Positions 35,513-45,961 of a DNA stretch of 64,000 bases are shown here, one piece after another. Origin of the DNA: Sporomusaceae bacterium (lineage in GTDB: Bacteria; Bacillota; Negativicutes; Sporomusales; UBA7701); the NCBI GenBank assembly GCA_031460455.1, contig JAVKTQ010000016.1, positions 3,429 through 67,428 of the forward strand, written 5' to 3'. The translations under genes were made by a program, and so were the position numbers. The notes below the pieces were generated by a model, which searched no databases, had not been told where the DNA came from, and saw nothing but the letters and a program-made list of their open reading frames with translations. How positions within the stretch are numbered: position 1 is the stretch's first letter; every line of letters starts with the position of its first letter.

Positions 35513-36258
35513 CGGATTTTCGCCGCTTTGACGGCGGCGACCCGTTTGCGGCGGTCGAGGCCGTGCTCCTTGGTGAGATACCTGGCAAGGCCGTCGATAT
35601 CGGGGAAGACGCTGTATTCGTTGAGCCCGGCGAGATGGAGGAAGGCGCGCGCCTCGGGAATCGCGGCGGCGGGCAGGGGTATCTGGGTGACGCAGTCGGG
35701 GCAGATTTCCTCAAGGGGCTTTTCGATGGCGCCGTGGATGGTGAAGTGGCCCTTCTGGGCGAAGATGCGGGGGTTCTGCATGGTGGGGAAGATGGCGAGC
35801 GGGTGCTTAAGCCTTTTGCCCAGGTAGAGCACCTTCTCGTGCTCGTGGTCGTAGTCGACGGCGTCGGACTGCACGAGCAGGCCGTGGCCGGTGGCCTTGT
35901 AGTTAAGTTTGTCTGGCTCGAGGACCCAGATGCAAGGCGCGTCGGGCTTGCCGCTCACGGCGAAGTACAGGGCGACGGCGAAGGTGGTCGTCCAGTCGAG
36001 GAGGCGCGTGGGGATGCCGGCGTGCCGCATCTCGAAGAGGGTCTCGATCGGCTTGAGCGACTGGGTGTTGACGATGGGCTTGGCGAACGAGAAGAAGTCG
36101 AAGAAGACGTTGCACTCGGTGTACCTTTTCCGCCTGACCCGGAAGAGGCTGGGCAGCAGGGTGAAACAAGCGCTGGGGCAGCCGCGGTAGAAGGGGTACG
36201 GCACCCCTTTGGTCGCCGTCTGCACGCCCTGGAGGAATTCTTGCCACGCATCGCTCAT
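35488..36258 (-). CDS. FRG domain protein
   Basis: YRG, MRHAGIPTRLLDWTT...VALYFA, NPRIFAQKGHFTI, SVFPDIDGLA. Confidence 0.92.
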   Translation of the reverse strand: MSDAWQEFLQGVQTATKGVPYPFYRGCPSACFTLLPSLFRVRRKRYTECNVFFDFFSFAKPIVNTQSLKPIETLFEMRHAGIPTRLLDWTTTFAVALYFAVSGKPDAPCIWVLEPDKLNYKATGHGLLVQSDAVDYDHEHEKVLYLGKRLKHPLAIFPTMQNPRIFAQKGHFTIHGAIEKPLEEICPDCVTQIPLPAAAIPEARAFLHLAGLNEYSVFPDIDGLARYLTKEHGLDRRKRVAAVKAAKIRQAPSAPT

Positions 36259-36345
36259 GTGCTCACTCTCCCCTACCGGTTATTGTTTCCCGATTTCGTC
36301 GCAATAACAATATTTCCCTTTATGAGCTCCTCTCCCCTCCCCCAT

Positions 36346-36496
36346 CCGTTATTCTCTGAATTGCCGCGGCCGTTCAGAAGTGCCCAGATGCAAGGCGCAC
36401 CGGAGGCTGACACCGGAAGCGTACACGCACGTACGCTGAGGATGGCAGCCGAGGAGCAACGCCGCAGATGGGCGCTGCTGGGCGGCCGTAATGTAC
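36346..36496. repeat. Structured dispersed repeat, copy 4
   Basis: Same core as copy 2 without the insert; arms changed to GCGGCCGTT/GGCGGCCGT; shared flanks CCGT.AT.CT..GAATTGCCG and TGTAC. Confidence 0.9.
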
Positions 36497-36498
36497 AA

Positions 36499-36527
36499 AG
36501 AAGCCCCCGCGTAGAGCGGGGGCTTCT
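36499..36527 (-). terminator. metY terminator
   Basis: AGAAGCCCCCGC/GCGGGGGCTTCT 12-bp stem directly after the stop. Confidence 0.8.
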
Positions 36528-36528
36528 G

Positions 36529-37818
<1,290 letters not shown>

Positions 37819-37849
37819 CTAGAATTAATAATTATAGTTTTGCCGAGTA

Positions 37850-39055
37850 TCAGGGGTAGTTTTCCGCGACGAGGCGGGCGCCAAAGTAGGCCAGCCGCGG
37901 AGCGCGGAAGATGGATGACAGCCAGGGCATTCGCACCGGCAGGGCGGTGCCGACGAATTCGCGCAGGATGGGTTTGAGGAGGTCGAAGTCGATCAGGAAG
38001 CCGTCATGGCCGTGGGGGCTGTCGACTTCGGCGTATTCCGCCCGCACGCCGAGGCTTTTCAGTATTTCGACGAGTTCTATCTGTTGGTAGGCGGGGTAGA
38101 GGATGTCCGAGGTGACCCCGGCCACGAGGACTCTGGCCTCGATGCGGGCCAGGGCCGCCCGGTAGGAGGCGTGGCCCATCCCCAGGTCGTAGAGGTCGAG
38201 GGCCCTGAGCAGGCAGAGGTAGGAGTTGGCGTCGAAGCGCTGCACCAGGCACTGTCCCTGGTAGTCGAGGTAGTTCTCGATCTCGAACTGCCCGTTGCGC
38301 GTCTTGCGGGCGAATTTGGCGGCCATGGAGGGTTCGCTCTGGTAGGTTATCATGCCGACGCCGCGGGCGAGCGCCAGGCCCTGGACGGGGCCGGGTCCGC
38401 CGTAGTAGTCGCCGCCCCGCCATTCGGGGTCGAGCATCACGGCCTGGCGGCCGACGCGGTTGTAGGCGATGGCCTGGGCCGAGGCGTAGCCGGGAGCGGC
38501 CAGGGCGGCGACGGCTTCAGCGAAACCGGGGTAGGTGACCGCCCACTCCAGCGCCTGGGCGCCGCCCATCGAGCCGCCGATGACCAGCGAAAGGCGGTTG
38601 ATGCCCAGCGCTTCGAGAAGCCGTTTCTGGACCCGGACCATGTCGCGGATGGTCACTTCGGGGAAGGAGGCGCCGTAAGGCCGGCCGGTGGCCGGGTCGG
38701 GCGAGGCGGGGCCGGTGGTGCCCTGACAGCCGCCGAGGACGTTGGCGCAGATGACGAAGAAGCGGTCGGTGTCGATGGGGCGGCCGGGGCCTACGAGGAG
38801 GTCCCACCAGCCTTCCTCGTCGTTGTCGTTATGGGCGGCGCAGTGGCTGTCGCCGGTGAGGGCGTGACAGACAAGGACGACGTTGTCTTTGTCGGGGGCA
38901 AGGGCGCCGTAGGTTTCGTAGGCCACCGTCACTTCGGGGAGGGCGCCGCCGAGTACGAGCGCGAGCGGCCGCTCGGGGGTGGCCACGGTGGCGAATTTCA
39001 TGTAGGGCCGGTATTTTATGCCGGGGAAAAAGGTCTGCGGGTAAGCGGTCTGCAT
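37850..39055 (-). CDS. metX: Homoserine O-acetyltransferase
   Basis: CHALTG, NVLGGCQG, GGSMGG, RFDANSY, HGHDGFL; ATG 39055. Confidence 0.96.
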   Translation of the reverse strand: MQTAYPQTFFPGIKYRPYMKFATVATPERPLALVLGGALPEVTVAYETYGALAPDKDNVVLVCHALTGDSHCAAHNDNDEEGWWDLLVGPGRPIDTDRFFVICANVLGGCQGTTGPASPDPATGRPYGASFPEVTIRDMVRVQKRLLEALGINRLSLVIGGSMGGAQALEWAVTYPGFAEAVAALAAPGYASAQAIAYNRVGRQAVMLDPEWRGGDYYGGPGPVQGLALARGVGMITYQSEPSMAAKFARKTRNGQFEIENYLDYQGQCLVQRFDANSYLCLLRALDLYDLGMGHASYRAALARIEARVLVAGVTSDILYPAYQQIELVEILKSLGVRAEYAEVDSPHGHDGFLIDFDLLKPILREFVGTALPVRMPWLSSIFRAPRLAYFGARLVAENYP

Positions 39056-39099
39056 CTTGAACCCTCCGTTGCTGCGATAAAGTGGCGATGAGAGAAAAC

Positions 39100-39128
39100 A
39101 AAAAACTCCTTCCCGAGGAAAGGAGTTA
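39100..39128 (-). terminator. S-box expression-platform terminator
   Basis: AACUCCUU...AAGGAGUU followed by a U tract; GAGGGAAGG/CCUUUCCUC antiterminator is possible. Confidence 0.8.
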
Positions 39129-39150
39129 AACGACAAAAGCGTAACCTTCC

Positions 39151-39252
39151 CTCTCATCTGTCAGGCAATGCCTGCTGGATTTGGCACCTTGCGCCGTAGC
39201 GCCGGTTGCCGTGGTGTCATCGGGCCAGTCCCTCGACCACTCTCGATAAGAG
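39151..39252 (-). ncRNA. SAM-I (S-box) riboswitch
   Basis: CUCUUAUCGAGAGUGG.CGAGGGACUGGCCCGAUGA..CC.CGGCAACC...GGUGCCAAAUCC.GCAG...CUGACAGAUGAGAG upstream of metX-metY. Confidence 0.97.
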
Positions 39253-39315
39253 CAAGAGTATTAAATTGGCTTAATGATAGCACGCGGTAAAAGATATTGT
39301 CAATATCTATGCAAA

Positions 39316-40740
39316 TTATTTTCGATAGTCGCGCCAGACGGTGGCGAATCGCTTGGTGCCGATCTCGAAGTGCCCCTGGGCGGAGTAGACGCGCCGCAGG
39401 AGGTTCTCACGGCTTGCGCCGCCTTCGAATTCGCTCAGCACCTGGAGAATCTGGAAAGCCATCTCGCTGAGGCCGGCTACATCCTTGGACCGGTGGATGA
39501 CTTCGCCGAGGTTGACCTGGCAGGTGGACCACAGGCCGGCGTTAGCCACCGCCTGGATGAGCATCGCCACCTCCACGCCGTAGTTGGCGGGGATGCGCAT
39601 TTTGAGCATGTCTTCGCGGCAGATGGCCACCGTGCCGGCGAGCGGCTGGATGTAGCCCGACAGCGTCGGCATGTAGGTGTTGAACCACGGACGGGCGAGG
39701 ATTTCCGTCACCCGGCCGCCGCCGAGTTCGAGGCCGGATGCCTCGACCCGCACCGGCCGCGTGAAGTAGCCTTTGACGAAGCGGATGTCGGGGTGGGTGA
39801 GGATGGGGCCGAGCAGGCCGTAGAAGAAGCGCGGGGTGATGTTTTCGATGTCGGTATCCACCCAGGCGAGGATGTCGGCGTCGGTGACGAAGGCGCTTTT
39901 GAACATCGCCTCCCCTTTGCCACGGTGGCTGCCGAGCTCGGGAGCGATCTCGGGATGGAGGAAGACGGGGATGCCGTAGGATTTGGCGATCGCCACGGTG
40001 TTGTCGGTCGAGGCGGAGTCGACGAGGATGACTTCGTCGGCCACGCCGGCGGTCTTGACTTCGAGCGCTGTTTCGATGACCTGGCCGACTGTCCGTTCTT
40101 CGTTGAGGCTGGGGAGGATGATCGCCACCTTGTGGCCGCGTTTGCGCTTGCCGCCGCGCATCACGGCCGGCAGGGAGAAATCGCCGGCCTCGAAGGTCCG
40201 CTCCCGCACCCAGCGGTAGATTTCGTCGCCCTCGGCGAATTCCAGGTCGTGAAAGGGGCCGCGGACGATGGTCACACTGCCCTGGTAGACTTCCTTGATG
40301 GCGCTGTAGAAGGGCATTATCTCCGAATCGGCCAGCGGCGCGCCGAAGAACAGCATACTTTGCTCGGCACCGACGGCTTTGATGAGGTCGAACACCGTCG
40401 CCTCGCGGCGCCAGTTGATGCTGACGTTGTCGAACATGTCGTGGGCGCGGGCCACCACCGAGGAGAGAAATATATCCTCAAGCTGGGGCAGCTTTTCTTC
40501 GAGGTGCAACACCTTGAGTTGGCTGACGCCGGCACACGCCAGCACATCGAGGACGGCGCCGGCGTTGATGCCGCCGCGCAGCACGGCCGCGGCAGGCCCC
40601 TCCACCCAGCCGTCGGTGAGGACGACGATGTCGTCGCGGTCGTCATATAGGCTGCCCCTGTCGGCAAAACTGCGGACGACAATCCGGCAGTTCGCGTTCG
40701 AGGTCCGGCTCTCGGGCCAATAAGGCACCCCTGTTTTCAT
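39316..40740 (-). CDS. gpgS: Glucosyl-3-phosphoglycerate synthase with an N-terminal USP-like region
   Basis: C-terminal half has ILPSLNEE, DSASTD, GKGEAMFKS, DTD, GGRVTE, QPLAG, YGVE; about 200 extra N-terminal residues. Confidence 0.85.
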   Translation of the reverse strand: MKTGVPYWPESRTSNANCRIVVRSFADRGSLYDDRDDIVVLTDGWVEGPAAAVLRGGINAGAVLDVLACAGVSQLKVLHLEEKLPQLEDIFLSSVVARAHDMFDNVSINWRREATVFDLIKAVGAEQSMLFFGAPLADSEIMPFYSAIKEVYQGSVTIVRGPFHDLEFAEGDEIYRWVRERTFEAGDFSLPAVMRGGKRKRGHKVAIILPSLNEERTVGQVIETALEVKTAGVADEVILVDSASTDNTVAIAKSYGIPVFLHPEIAPELGSHRGKGEAMFKSAFVTDADILAWVDTDIENITPRFFYGLLGPILTHPDIRFVKGYFTRPVRVEASGLELGGGRVTEILARPWFNTYMPTLSGYIQPLAGTVAICREDMLKMRIPANYGVEVAMLIQAVANAGLWSTCQVNLGEVIHRSKDVAGLSEMAFQILQVLSEFEGGASRENLLRRVYSAQGHFEIGTKRFATVWRDYRK

Positions 40741-40879
40741 ATCGTCCCTCCTATCTTGCTTCAGAACAGAAAAAGCCTGTCGCTGACAGACTCCCCCGAA
40801 AGCAACTGGTATATTATTCTTGTTATTATTATATCTTATTCGCCGGCCGTCGGGCAACCGAATAAAAGTCAGGTTTTTG

Positions 40880-41731
40880 TCAGAAGCGTGTCAGAGATGG
40901 AAAACACGGATGCAAATCTCGTTCGGCGGCGGCGCGGGCGGCAAGCAGCGCCTCTAGGACGCCGCCGCCGACCGCCCGCGCTTTGTCTGAGATGGTAAAG
41001 CAGTATTCGCGCCGGCCGCGCGGGTCGATATCGCCGATCTTCTGGCCGGCGGCGACGACCAGGCCGTCGTGGATGAGGCCGCGCAAGACGCCGCCGATAA
41101 CGGCGGTGACGGGCAGCCCGCCGACATGGCCGACCGACTCGCCGGCGGCGACGGTGTCGCCGATAGCCCGCGCCGCGCGGAAGGCGCCGTGGGCCGGGGA
41201 GCGCAGCAGCCGCTCGCTGCCGTAGCCGCCGATGAGCCCCGGCACGCCGGTGTCGGGCAGGGCCTCGCCCTGCTCGATCACGCGGCCGAGGTAGTGGCCG
41301 CGGGCTGTCTCGACGACATAGCCGACGTCCCGGCCGGCGGCGAATCCCGGCCCGAGGCCGACGACAACCGGCGCGTCGCTCAGGCGGGTGCCGGTGTTGC
41401 GCTTGGCGAGGATGGCGTCGACCACCGCCCACGGCTTGAGCGCCTGCACGACCGCGCCCTGCGGGTCGACGACGACGGCTACCAGCCCATGACCGGCTAC
41501 GGCGGCGGCTTCGGCCGGCTCGGTCCTGACGGCGGCCACTCCTTCGACGGTCGCGCGGCCGGTGAAGACGGCGGCGGCGAAGGCGACCGGCAGACGGATG
41601 ACGGTGGGGTGCGGCAGTTCGGTCATGACGACGGCGAAGCCGCTGCGGAACAGGCGGTGGGCGACGCCGGTGGCCAGGTCGCCGGCGCCTTTGATGACGA
41701 TGAGGCGGTTTTCCTTATCCAGAGCGGTCAC
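40880..41731 (-). CDS. yqeB: Selenium-dependent molybdenum cofactor protein YqeB
   Basis: IKGAGDLATGVA, VDAILAKRN, GLGPGF, ETARGH.LGR, KIGDIDPR, SDKARAVGGGVLE; GTG start at 41731. Confidence 0.95.
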   Translation of the reverse strand: MTALDKENRLIVIKGAGDLATGVAHRLFRSGFAVVMTELPHPTVIRLPVAFAAAVFTGRATVEGVAAVRTEPAEAAAVAGHGLVAVVVDPQGAVVQALKPWAVVDAILAKRNTGTRLSDAPVVVGLGPGFAAGRDVGYVVETARGHYLGRVIEQGEALPDTGVPGLIGGYGSERLLRSPAHGAFRAARAIGDTVAAGESVGHVGGLPVTAVIGGVLRGLIHDGLVVAAGQKIGDIDPRGRREYCFTISDKARAVGGGVLEALLAARAAAERDLHPCFPSLTRF

Positions 41732-41757
41732 CTCGCTTCCTGCGGCAGAGGCCAGTT

Positions 41758-43083
41758 TCAGCGGTTGAGTTCGTCGAGCGATTTGCGCATCGTTTCTTCG
41801 CCAAGGACGAAGACGTTTAGGGCGGTGACGAGCAAGACGCCGGTGAAGATGGTGAATACGAGGGCGAATTTGTCCGGGCCGGTCATTATCCAGCCGACGA
41901 CGCTGGGGGCGAAGATGCCGCCGACGCGGCCGAAGGCGGCCGCGAAGCCGACGCCGCTGGCGCGGGCGTGGGTGGGGTAGAGTTCGGGCGAATATGTGTA
42001 GACGACGCCCCAGGCGCCGAGGTTGAAGAAGGACAGCAGGCAGCCGTAGACGATGATCTCGGCGCCCGTTTTGGCGATGCCGAAGAAGTAGGCGCACACG
42101 GCGCAGGCGGCCAGGAAGGAGGACAGGGTGAGCTTGCGGCCGATGCGGTCGACGAGGTAGGCGGCGGTAAAATAGCCGGGTATCTGGGCGAGCGTCATCC
42201 ACAGGACGAATTCGAACGAGCGGACGAGGGTGTGGCCGCCCTTGACTAGCAGGGACGGCAGCCAGGTAAAGATGCCGTAGTAGGAGAAAACGATGCCGAA
42301 CCACAGTATCCAGAGGCAGACGGTACGGCGCAGATATTGCCCCTTCCACAGTTCGGCGAAGGCGAATTTGGCCTTGGGGGCGGCGATTTCGGCGGCGCTG
42401 GGCGGCTCGCCCACCGGCACACCGAGTTCGCGCTCGATGGCGGCGACCTGCTCGTGAGCTTCCTGGTAACGGCCTTTGTCGACTAAGTAGAGGACCGACT
42501 CGGGAACCATCCGCCACAGAAAGAAGACCAATATCGCCGGCAGGGAACCGATATAGAAGGCTATCTGCCACCCGTGTTGGGGAATAATATAATAGGCTAT
42601 TATGGCGGCAGCCAGCCAACCGATGGCCCAGGCGCTTTCAAGGAGCACGATCATGCGGCCGCGGTAACGGGCGGGCGAGTATTCGCTCATGAGGGTGACG
42701 GCCACCGGCAGTTGGCCGCCGACGCCGAAGCCGACGAGAAAGCGGAAGAAGAGCAGCGATTCGTAGCTCCAGGCCAGGCCGCACAGGCCGGTGGCCGCGC
42801 TGTAGACGACGAGGGTCGCCGCGAAGAGCTTCTTGCGCCCCATCATGTCGGCCAGCCAGCCCGACAGCGCAGCCCCGCAGGCCATGCCCACCAAGCCGAT
42901 GCTGCCGATGTAGCCGATCTGGGCCGAGGTGAGACCCCAGGTCTCGATCATTTTCGCCAGAACGAAGGCGACGATGCCGGTGTCCATAGAGTCGAACGCC
43001 CAGCCGAGCATGGTGAGAACGAGCAGCCGCCAGTGAAACTTCCCCAGCGGCAGATTGCTTAGCCGGTCGGATACACTTGCCAT
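41758..43083 (-). CDS. MFS transporter (NiaP/YceI / aromatic acid:H+ symporter-like)
   Basis: GWAFDSMD, DMMGRK, GFGVGGQLPV...EYSPARYRG, ELYPT..RASG; 12 TM segments. Confidence 0.93.
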   Translation of the reverse strand: MASVSDRLSNLPLGKFHWRLLVLTMLGWAFDSMDTGIVAFVLAKMIETWGLTSAQIGYIGSIGLVGMACGAALSGWLADMMGRKKLFAATLVVYSAATGLCGLAWSYESLLFFRFLVGFGVGGQLPVAVTLMSEYSPARYRGRMIVLLESAWAIGWLAAAIIAYYIIPQHGWQIAFYIGSLPAILVFFLWRMVPESVLYLVDKGRYQEAHEQVAAIERELGVPVGEPPSAAEIAAPKAKFAFAELWKGQYLRRTVCLWILWFGIVFSYYGIFTWLPSLLVKGGHTLVRSFEFVLWMTLAQIPGYFTAAYLVDRIGRKLTLSSFLAACAVCAYFFGIAKTGAEIIVYGCLLSFFNLGAWGVVYTYSPELYPTHARASGVGFAAAFGRVGGIFAPSVVGWIMTGPDKFALVFTIFTGVLLVTALNVFVLGEETMRKSLDELNR

Positions 43084-43519
43084 TTTATAAATCCCCCCAC
43101 CTCGAGCTGCGGGCCGCCGTTTTCGCCTGATGCCCAAGGCAATTTACCGGCGTCCTCAAGTTCAAAGGATAGTATCCCCGCCCCGCCGGGCGGCAAGCCG
43201 GGGCCGGAAACGAAGCAGCGCAAAAACAGCCGCAGCGGTGTCTTTGCGCCAGAGAATTGCCAAGCACTAATATCGATTCCTGCGGGTACACTAAGCCGGG
43301 AGCGAGGATCGTATCGTCTTGGGCGCCGCCATTGCCTGACCCGTGGTAAGTTTACTTCGCCGCTTGGGATGGATATCCTTTTTCTGCCGGATAACCGTAC
43401 AAAGCAAAGGGGAAAGCCAAATTTATCCGATTATTCCGCCTTCCGGCTGTACTCTTATAATGTACACAAGTATATGCTATAATCAAAGTGTTCAAGAATC
43501 TTCCGGGGAGGGACTCATC

Positions 43520-44149
43520 GTGGCCTTTCGTCTGAAGCCAAAAGAAGAAAAGTTTTTCGAGTTTCTGGCCGACCACGCCGCGATCGCCAAGAAGGCGAGC
43601 GAGACGATGGTGATGGCTTTCGAGGAGCAGGACCGGCTCGGGGAGATCCTGTCCGAAGTGGAAACACTCGAAACCGAAGCCGACGAGCTGGTGGAGAAAA
43701 TCCTCAAAAAGCTCCATAAAACGTTTATCACCCCCTTCGACCGCGAGGACATCTTCGCTCTCGCCCAGAAACTGGACGACCTTGTCGACGCTATGAAGGG
43801 GATCGTCGATAAGATGCACATGTACAATGTCGGCGTCGCCTCGCCCGAGGTCCGCGAACTGGTTTCCCTCGTCCACACCAGCATCACCCAGGTGGTCAAA
43901 TGCATCAACTACCTGGGCGAGCTGAAGAAGCAGCATCTTAAGCTCGAGGCCCGCTGCAACCGGATATTGGCCCTGGAGACGGAGGGGGATACTCTTTACC
44001 GCCGGGAGATGGCCAAGCTTTTCCGCGAGGGCTGCGACCCGGTCGAGATAATCAAGTGGAAGGAAATCCTCACCAGCCTGGAGGATACCCTCGATATCTG
44101 CGAAGATATCACCCAGCTTCTGAAAAGGGTAGTGCTGAAATATGCCTGA
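43520..44149 (+). CDS. DUF47 phosphate transport regulator
   Basis: TFITPFDREDI...DD, E.EGD..YR; GTG start at 43520; overlaps pit. Confidence 0.94.
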   Translation: MAFRLKPKEEKFFEFLADHAAIAKKASETMVMAFEEQDRLGEILSEVETLETEADELVEKILKKLHKTFITPFDREDIFALAQKLDDLVDAMKGIVDKMHMYNVGVASPEVRELVSLVHTSITQVVKCINYLGELKKQHLKLEARCNRILALETEGDTLYRREMAKLFREGCDPVEIIKWKEILTSLEDTLDICEDITQLLKRVVLKYA

Positions 44150-45137
44150 TTTGTGGCTGCTGTACGCTGTAGTTATTTTCGCCCTGGCCTTCGATTACAT
44201 CAACGGCTTCCACGACACCGCCAACGCCATTGCCACGTCGGTATCGACGCGGGCGCTCGCCCCGCAGCACGCAGTGTGGCTGGCCGCCTCCCTTAACTTC
44301 CTTGGCGCCCTATTCAGCACCGGGGTCGCCAAAACGATCGGCGGCGATATCGTCAAATCGGCGCAAATGATCGACCAGCCGGTGATCATCGCCGCGCTTG
44401 TCGGGGCGATTTTCTGGAATATCCTCACCTGGTGGCTGGGCATCCCGTCAAGCTCGTCCCACGCGCTGATCGGCGGCGTGATGGGCGCGGTCATCGCCGG
44501 CCGCGGTTTAGAAGTCCTGAAGCTGGCCGGCATCCAAAAGATCGTCCTCTCCCTCGTCCTTTCGCCCGTTATCGCCCTTATCACTGGTTATTTCGTGATG
44601 ATCATCATGCTGTGGATTTTCGGACGTCTGGGCCCCGGCGTCCTCAATACCGGCTTCAAACGGATGCAGTTCGTGTCGGCGAGTCTGATGTCATTTTCCC
44701 ACGGCTCCAACGACGCCCAGAAGGCGATGGGCATCATCACCCTCGCCCTGCTGTCCGCCGGCCAGATCCCCTCCCTGGAGGTGCCCACCTGGGTCAAACT
44801 TGCCTGCGCCATATCTATGGGCCTCGGCACGGCCGCCGGCGGCTGGAAGATCATCAAAACTATGGGGACGCGCATTTTCCGCATGGAGCCGATCAACGGC
44901 TTTGCCGCCGACCTAAACTCGGCCCTCGTTATTTTCGGCGCCACCTTCTTCCACCTCCCGGTCAGCACGACCCACGTCGTTTCCGGCTCGATAATGGGCG
45001 TGGGCTCGGCCAAGCGGGTAACGGCGGTGCGCTGGACTACAGCCCGTCAGATGCTCTTCGCATGGCTGCTCACCATCCCGGCCAGCGGCATAACCAGCGC
45101 CCTGACCTATTATCTTTACAAAGTCGTCTTCCTGTAG
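44142..45137 (+). CDS. pit: PiT family inorganic phosphate transporter
   Basis: GFHDTANAIAT, PSSSSHALIG, HGSNDAQK, PVSTTH. Confidence 0.97.
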   Translation: MPDLWLLYAVVIFALAFDYINGFHDTANAIATSVSTRALAPQHAVWLAASLNFLGALFSTGVAKTIGGDIVKSAQMIDQPVIIAALVGAIFWNILTWWLGIPSSSSHALIGGVMGAVIAGRGLEVLKLAGIQKIVLSLVLSPVIALITGYFVMIIMLWIFGRLGPGVLNTGFKRMQFVSASLMSFSHGSNDAQKAMGIITLALLSAGQIPSLEVPTWVKLACAISMGLGTAAGGWKIIKTMGTRIFRMEPINGFAADLNSALVIFGATFFHLPVSTTHVVSGSIMGVGSAKRVTAVRWTTARQMLFAWLLTIPASGITSALTYYLYKVVFL

Positions 45138-45285
45138 CCGCGCACGCGGCTATCCGCATATTACGCCATCGAGAGGGTATCGCGAGATACTCTTTTTTTG
45201 TTTGTCTCCGCATCGTCGGACCGCGGAGGGTATAAGAGCAGGCGCGGGGTGCCACCTTAAGGTTAGAAACGGCGGAGGTGTGCCG

Positions 45286-45960
45286 ATGAGAATCCTGGTG
45301 GTGGAAGACGACGCCCCCCTGCGTGAGGCTGTCGTGGCGGTGCTGAAGGAGGACGATTACGCGGTCGACGAGGCGGGCAGCGGCGACGAGGGCCTCTATC
45401 GCGCCCGGCAGGGGGTGTACGATCTGCTCATCCTCGATATGATGCTGCCTGGCATGGGCGGGCTGGATATCGTGCGGCTGCTGAGGGCTGGCGGCAGCCG
45501 CACGCCGATCATGCTGCTGACCGCCAGGGACAGCGTCGCCGACAAGGTTGCCGGGCTTGATTCGGGCGCCGACGATTATCTGGTGAAACCGTTCGCTGTC
45601 CCCGAGCTGCTCGCCAGAGTCAAGGCCCTGTTGCGCCGCGGCGGTCCGGTGGGCGCGGACGGGGAGCTCCGCTACGGCGGCATCGCCGCCAACCCGAAGG
45701 CGAAGGACGCTTTCGTGGCCGGCAACCCCCTCCACCTCACCGTCAAGGAGTATGAGCTATTGGAGTTCCTGCTCCTCAACCGCGAACAGATCCTTACCCG
45801 CGAGCAGATTTTCGACCGCGTGTGGGGCTTCGAATCAGATACCACCCATGGCATCATCGACCTCTATATCCATTATCTGCGCAAAAAGCTCGCCCCCTTC
45901 GGCCGCGACGCGGTCATCCAGACAATCCGCGGGGCGGGTTTCATGCTGAAGGACAAGTAG
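45286..45960 (+). CDS. OmpR-family response regulator
   Basis: VEDD, LDMMLP, LLTA, DDYLVKPF, winged helix, IQTIRGAGF. Confidence 0.97.
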   Translation: MRILVVEDDAPLREAVVAVLKEDDYAVDEAGSGDEGLYRARQGVYDLLILDMMLPGMGGLDIVRLLRAGGSRTPIMLLTARDSVADKVAGLDSGADDYLVKPFAVPELLARVKALLRRGGPVGADGELRYGGIAANPKAKDAFVAGNPLHLTVKEYELLEFLLLNREQILTREQIFDRVWGFESDTTHGIIDLYIHYLRKKLAPFGRDAVIQTIRGAGFMLKDK

Positions 45961-45961
45961 C

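Noticed and set aside
41732-42619. N-terminal 296 aa of the 579-aa ORF as a YqeB fusion
   Set aside because: It is an alternate frame over the MFS gene; YqeB starts at GTG 41731.
43100-43340. Riboswitch in the MFS-yqeB leader
   Set aside because: One 11-bp hairpin (about 43217-49) but no match to the TPP, ZTP, NAD, Moco or purine consensus that I could recognise.
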